Assembly (NCBI GenBank): GCA_038245295.1
Contig: JBBRSP010000004.1
Coordinates: forward strand, 128,001 to 192,000
DNA from: Candidatus Binatia bacterium
GTDB lineage: Bacteria; Desulfobacterota; Binatia; HRBIN30
Length of the DNA stretch: 64,000 bases
Direction of reading: 5' to 3'
This document shows, piece by piece, positions 60,556 to 64,000 of this stretch. The notes under the pieces are model-generated. The model was not told the DNA's origin. It made no database searches and worked only from the letters and a program-made list of their open reading frames with translations. Position numbers and translations under genes: made by a program. Numbering within the stretch: position 1 is the first letter of the stretch; the number at the start of each line of letters is the position of its first letter.

Positions 60556-62426
60556 TGTGTGGCATTGCAGGCTCGTTCGGACGTCACGCCGCCTACAAGC
60601 CGAGCAAGACACAAGTATTGCGGATGGCCGATCGTTTGCGACATCGCGGGCCGGATGCGGGTGGTAGCTTCATCGAGGCGCCGGTCGCCCTCGCCTGTCG
60701 CCGTCTGCGAATCGTCGACGTCGGCGGCGCCGACCAACCGCTATTCAACGAGGAACGCACGGTGGCCGTGGTGTTCAACGGTGAGATCTACAACTTCGTG
60801 GCGCTGCGTCGCGGCCTGAGCCAACGCGGGCATCGTTTCGCTACCGATGGCGACACCGAATGCCTGGTGCATCTCTACGAGGAATACGGCATCGACGGCT
60901 GTCTGCAGCGGCTCGTCGGCATGTTCAGCTTTGCGCTCTACGATCGGCGCGCGCGTCGCCTGTTCCTGGCCCGCGATCGCGTCGGCGTGAAACCCCTCTA
61001 CATCGCCGAGACGACGGATGCCTGGCATTTCGCCTCCGAAGCAAAAGCCCTCCTGGAGATTCCCGCGATCGATCGCGGCATCGACACGACGGCGCTGTGC
61101 GACGCGCTCGTGTTCGGGTACGTCCCAGCGCCGCGTTCGATCTTTCGCGGCATACGCAAACTGCCGGCCGGATCGTACGCCGTGTTGAACGTCGACAAGC
61201 CGATGGAGGTCCATCGTTATTGGGATCTCTCGTTCATCCCGGGAAGAACGCAGGAGATCGGCGAGCTCACCGAGGAGTTGGCGGTAAGCTTGCAAACGGC
61301 GGTCCAACGGCGACTCGTTGCCGACGTGCCGCTCGGCACCTTCCTGTCGAGCGGACTCGATTCGAGCGTCGTTGCGGCCTTGATGGCAGAGCCACTCGGT
61401 GAGCCACCGCTGGCGCTCACCGTCGGGTTCGGCGAGCCATCTTTCGATGAGCGCGACGGAGCACGCTTTACGGCGCGGTTGCTCAAGTTGAATCATGTCG
61501 AGTTGGAAGTGGCACCCGACGCGAAGACGGTGCTGCCGGCACTGGCGCGCACCTTCGACGAGCCGTTCTTCGATTCGTCAGCTCTGCCGACGTACCTCTT
61601 GTGCGGCGCGGCGCGGCAACACGTCAGCGTCGCACTGTCGGGCGACGGGGGGGACGAATCGTTTGCCGGCTATCGGCGCTATGCGTTCGACGTGTTCGAG
61701 AACAGCGTGCGCCGTTTTGTCCCGCCCTTGGTCGGTCCGCCGGTGTTGCGTTTCTTGTCGGCGGTGGCCCCGCAAGGCAGTTGGCTACCGCAGCCGCTGC
61801 GCGGCAAGACCCTGCTTGGCAATCTCGCTCGCTCGCCGCTCGCCGCGTATTTACACTCGGTGGCCCGAATGAGCCCAGATCGAGCCCTGGCGCTACTGTC
61901 TCCGGATCTGCGAGCGTCGCTGCGCGAGTACTCTGCCGTCGACGCCATGCAAGCGATTTATGACCGCGCGCCGGCCGAGGATTCGTTGTCGCGCATCCAG
62001 TATCTCGACTTCCACACGTGGTTGCCCGACGACATTCTTTGCAAGGTGGATCGTACCAGCATGGCTCACTCGCTCGAGGTGCGCGAGCCGTTGCTCGACC
62101 ATGAGCTTCTTGAACTGGTGGCGCGCATGCCGTGGGACCTCAAATTACGCGGCCGCGAACGCAAGTTCATCCTGAAGGAAACAGCGCGCCGATGGTTACC
62201 CGACGACTTGATCCAGCGGCCCAAACGCGGCTTTGAGCTGCCACTCCGTCGCTGGTTGCAAAACGAGTTGCGCAACGAAGTGGATGCCGCCGCCAACTGC
62301 CCCTTGCTCGACGGCGCTCGGGTACGTTCGGCTCTGGCACTCCACGGCGGCGGCCGGCAAGACCGGTCGAGCGAGTTGTGGAGCGCCATCATGTTGAGCC
62401 ATTGGTTTGAGGCATACGGGCAATGA
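60555..62426 (+). CDS. asnB: Asparagine synthase-like amidotransferase (EPS-associated)
   Basis: Motifs MCGIAG, HRGPD, FNGEIYN, SSGLDSS, SGDGGDE and KVDRTSMAHSLEVR. Confidence 0.92.
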   Translation: MCGIAGSFGRHAAYKPSKTQVLRMADRLRHRGPDAGGSFIEAPVALACRRLRIVDVGGADQPLFNEERTVAVVFNGEIYNFVALRRGLSQRGHRFATDGDTECLVHLYEEYGIDGCLQRLVGMFSFALYDRRARRLFLARDRVGVKPLYIAETTDAWHFASEAKALLEIPAIDRGIDTTALCDALVFGYVPAPRSIFRGIRKLPAGSYAVLNVDKPMEVHRYWDLSFIPGRTQEIGELTEELAVSLQTAVQRRLVADVPLGTFLSSGLDSSVVAALMAEPLGEPPLALTVGFGEPSFDERDGARFTARLLKLNHVELEVAPDAKTVLPALARTFDEPFFDSSALPTYLLCGAARQHVSVALSGDGGDESFAGYRRYAFDVFENSVRRFVPPLVGPPVLRFLSAVAPQGSWLPQPLRGKTLLGNLARSPLAAYLHSVARMSPDRALALLSPDLRASLREYSAVDAMQAIYDRAPAEDSLSRIQYLDFHTWLPDDILCKVDRTSMAHSLEVREPLLDHELLELVARMPWDLKLRGRERKFILKETARRWLPDDLIQRPKRGFELPLRRWLQNELRNEVDAAANCPLLDGARVRSALALHGGGRQDRSSELWSAIMLSHWFEAYGQ

Positions 62427-62514
62427 CGAGCCGTCGGCGCGTCGGCTTCGGGGAACGTCAGTTGGCAACTCGGCTCTCCAAGGCCGTCGGTGTCGCGGGA
62501 CAGGATTGCCAGAC

Positions 62515-63720
62515 GTGCGAGTGATCGTCTTCACAACACTCTTTCCCAACGCCGTGGAACCGAGTCAGGGTACCTTTGTATTGGAACGTCTGCGGCACCT
62601 GGTAGCACGGCACGACATCGACGCGGTGGTCGTTGCGCCTGTCCCTTATTTCCCCACAGTGCCGGGCTTCGGACGCTGGTCTAAGATGGCGGCCGTGCCC
62701 TCGAGAGAAGTGATCGAAGGGTTGCCGGTATATCACCCGCGTTACCTCGTCACGCCGAAGGTAGGAATGTCGCTCTACCCCGTAACCCTGGCGCTGAGCG
62801 CCACCCGACTCATCGCCCGGCTGCGGCGTGACGGCTACGAGCTGGTCGATGCTCACTATCTCTATCCGGACGCAGTTGCCGCGGCGCTGTTGACGCAGCA
62901 GTTGCACATGCCCCTGGTGGTGACCGGACGTGGAAGCGACATCAACTACCTCCCCGAGTTCCGCATTCCCCGTCGTTGGATCGGCTGGGCGTTGCGCCGG
63001 GCCGACGGACGCGCGGCGGTCTGCACAGCCCTGGCGCACAGGATGCAGGAACTCGGCGGCGGCACACAGCCGACGACGGTTCTGCGCAACGGTGTCGACG
63101 CCACACGTTTTGCGCCGGGTAACCGCGCCGCGGCGCGAAGGGTTCTCGGTTTGTCGCCGCACGACACGATTATTGCCAGTGTCGGCTCTCTGATCGAACG
63201 TAAAGGCCACCACTTGGCCATCGAAGCGCTGGCTCAGCTGCGCCGCGAGGGCAGAACAAACCTGCGATTACTCATCGTCGGCTCTGGTCCCGAACAGCAA
63301 CGCTTGCGACGGCAGGCGCAACAGTTGGCAGTCGATGACTCGGTGATCCTGCATGGAACGCTGCCCCACGCTGAGATCGCCCGAGTCTTTGTCGCCGCCG
63401 ATCTCCTCCTGCTCGCGTCGCGCTCGGAAGGCTGGGCCAACGTATTGCTCGAGGCGTTGGCGTGCGGAACGCCGGTCGTCGCGACCGCCGTGCCAGGCAC
63501 CGTCGAGGCCGCGGGTTCTCCCGACGTCGGGGTTCTCTTTTCCGAGCGCAGCGGCGCCGGGGTCGCAGCCGCACTGCGACAAGGCCTGGGGCAATCGTGG
63601 AATGCGAAACATATCCGGGCTTACGCCGAGTCATTTTCCTGGGATGAAACATCGGATGGTCAGGTGGCGCTCTTCGACGCCGCGCGGCGCCACCATGCGG
63701 CGCGCCGGCAACTAACGTGA
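62515..63720 (+). CDS. GT4 glycosyltransferase (TuaC-like)
   Basis: Motifs TTLFPN, DAHYLYPD, RGSD and EGWANVLLEALACG. Confidence 0.9.
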   Translation: MRVIVFTTLFPNAVEPSQGTFVLERLRHLVARHDIDAVVVAPVPYFPTVPGFGRWSKMAAVPSREVIEGLPVYHPRYLVTPKVGMSLYPVTLALSATRLIARLRRDGYELVDAHYLYPDAVAAALLTQQLHMPLVVTGRGSDINYLPEFRIPRRWIGWALRRADGRAAVCTALAHRMQELGGGTQPTTVLRNGVDATRFAPGNRAAARRVLGLSPHDTIIASVGSLIERKGHHLAIEALAQLRREGRTNLRLLIVGSGPEQQRLRRQAQQLAVDDSVILHGTLPHAEIARVFVAADLLLLASRSEGWANVLLEALACGTPVVATAVPGTVEAAGSPDVGVLFSERSGAGVAAALRQGLGQSWNAKHIRAYAESFSWDETSDGQVALFDAARRHHAARRQLT

Positions 63721-64000
63721 ATATCCTTTACCATCACCGAACCAAATCCCGTGACGGGCAGGCCATCCACATCGAGGAGCTGCAACGAGCTCTGCGGCAG
63801 CGGGGACACGAGGTCGTCGAGGTATCACCGCGTGCCGACGAGGACGTCCCTCTCGGGGGCGAAAGCGTCCGGCTCGCGCGCCTGGGAGCGGCCCTGCCGA
63901 CGAGCCTGCGCGAAGTCGCCGAGTGGGCCTACAACGCGATTTCGTATCGTGCGCTGGTCCGCACAATCCGCCGTCGCTGCCCCGATCTCATCTACGAGCG
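63717..64000 (+). CDS. GT4 glycosyltransferase, partial (runs off window)
   Basis: Read by hand from a GTGA overlap: MNILYHHRTKSRDGQAIHIEEL...PDLIYE; frame open to the end of the window. Confidence 0.8.
   Translation, partial: MNILYHHRTKSRDGQAIHIEELQRALRQRGHEVVEVSPRADEDVPLGGESVRLARLGAALPTSLREVAEWAYNAISYRALVRTIRRRCPDLIYE

Overview
High-GC, gene-dense chromosomal window from a diderm bacterium (lptD and an outer-membrane porin are present). It is probably Candidatus Binatia or a related deltaproteobacterial lineage; this is an inference from a Cys-flanked dockerin-like tail, a cohesin-like domain and LLM/acyl-CoA synthetase genes. (1) 1-16.8 kb is an accessory mosaic: a partial beta-helix protein with a dockerin-like tail, tRNA-His, a metal-uptake unit (DUF2946-like CxxC/RAPP leader ORF, His-tipped porin, ZnuA/TroA-type binding protein), an exported MsrB-MsrA, FkbM, a hot-dog thioesterase, two LLM oxidoreductases, an FKBP, a broken cohesin lipoprotein gene, an ABC-2 pair, an unlisted 54-aa membrane protein and an acyl-CoA synthetase. 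(2) 17-30 kb is a housekeeping run: a ferredoxin-membrane-Hsp20-like fusion, then rimI, argS, SPOR, trpGDCFBA, folC and lptD. (3) 30-35.5 kb holds three tandem paralogous secreted beta-rich proteins with an internal terminator, divergent from an FG-GAP lipoprotein; this is a candidate undescribed surface-layer or appendage system. (4) 35.6-50.8 kb has two ABC systems, a GT-C glycosyltransferase, MAPEG, a decayed O-antigen-ligase-like gene and stress/repair genes. (5) 51-64 kb is a PEP-CTERM/exosortase A-associated exopolysaccharide cluster that runs off the window. No CRISPR, rRNA, integrase or transposase was seen. All family calls come from motif recognition by eye; no database search was run.
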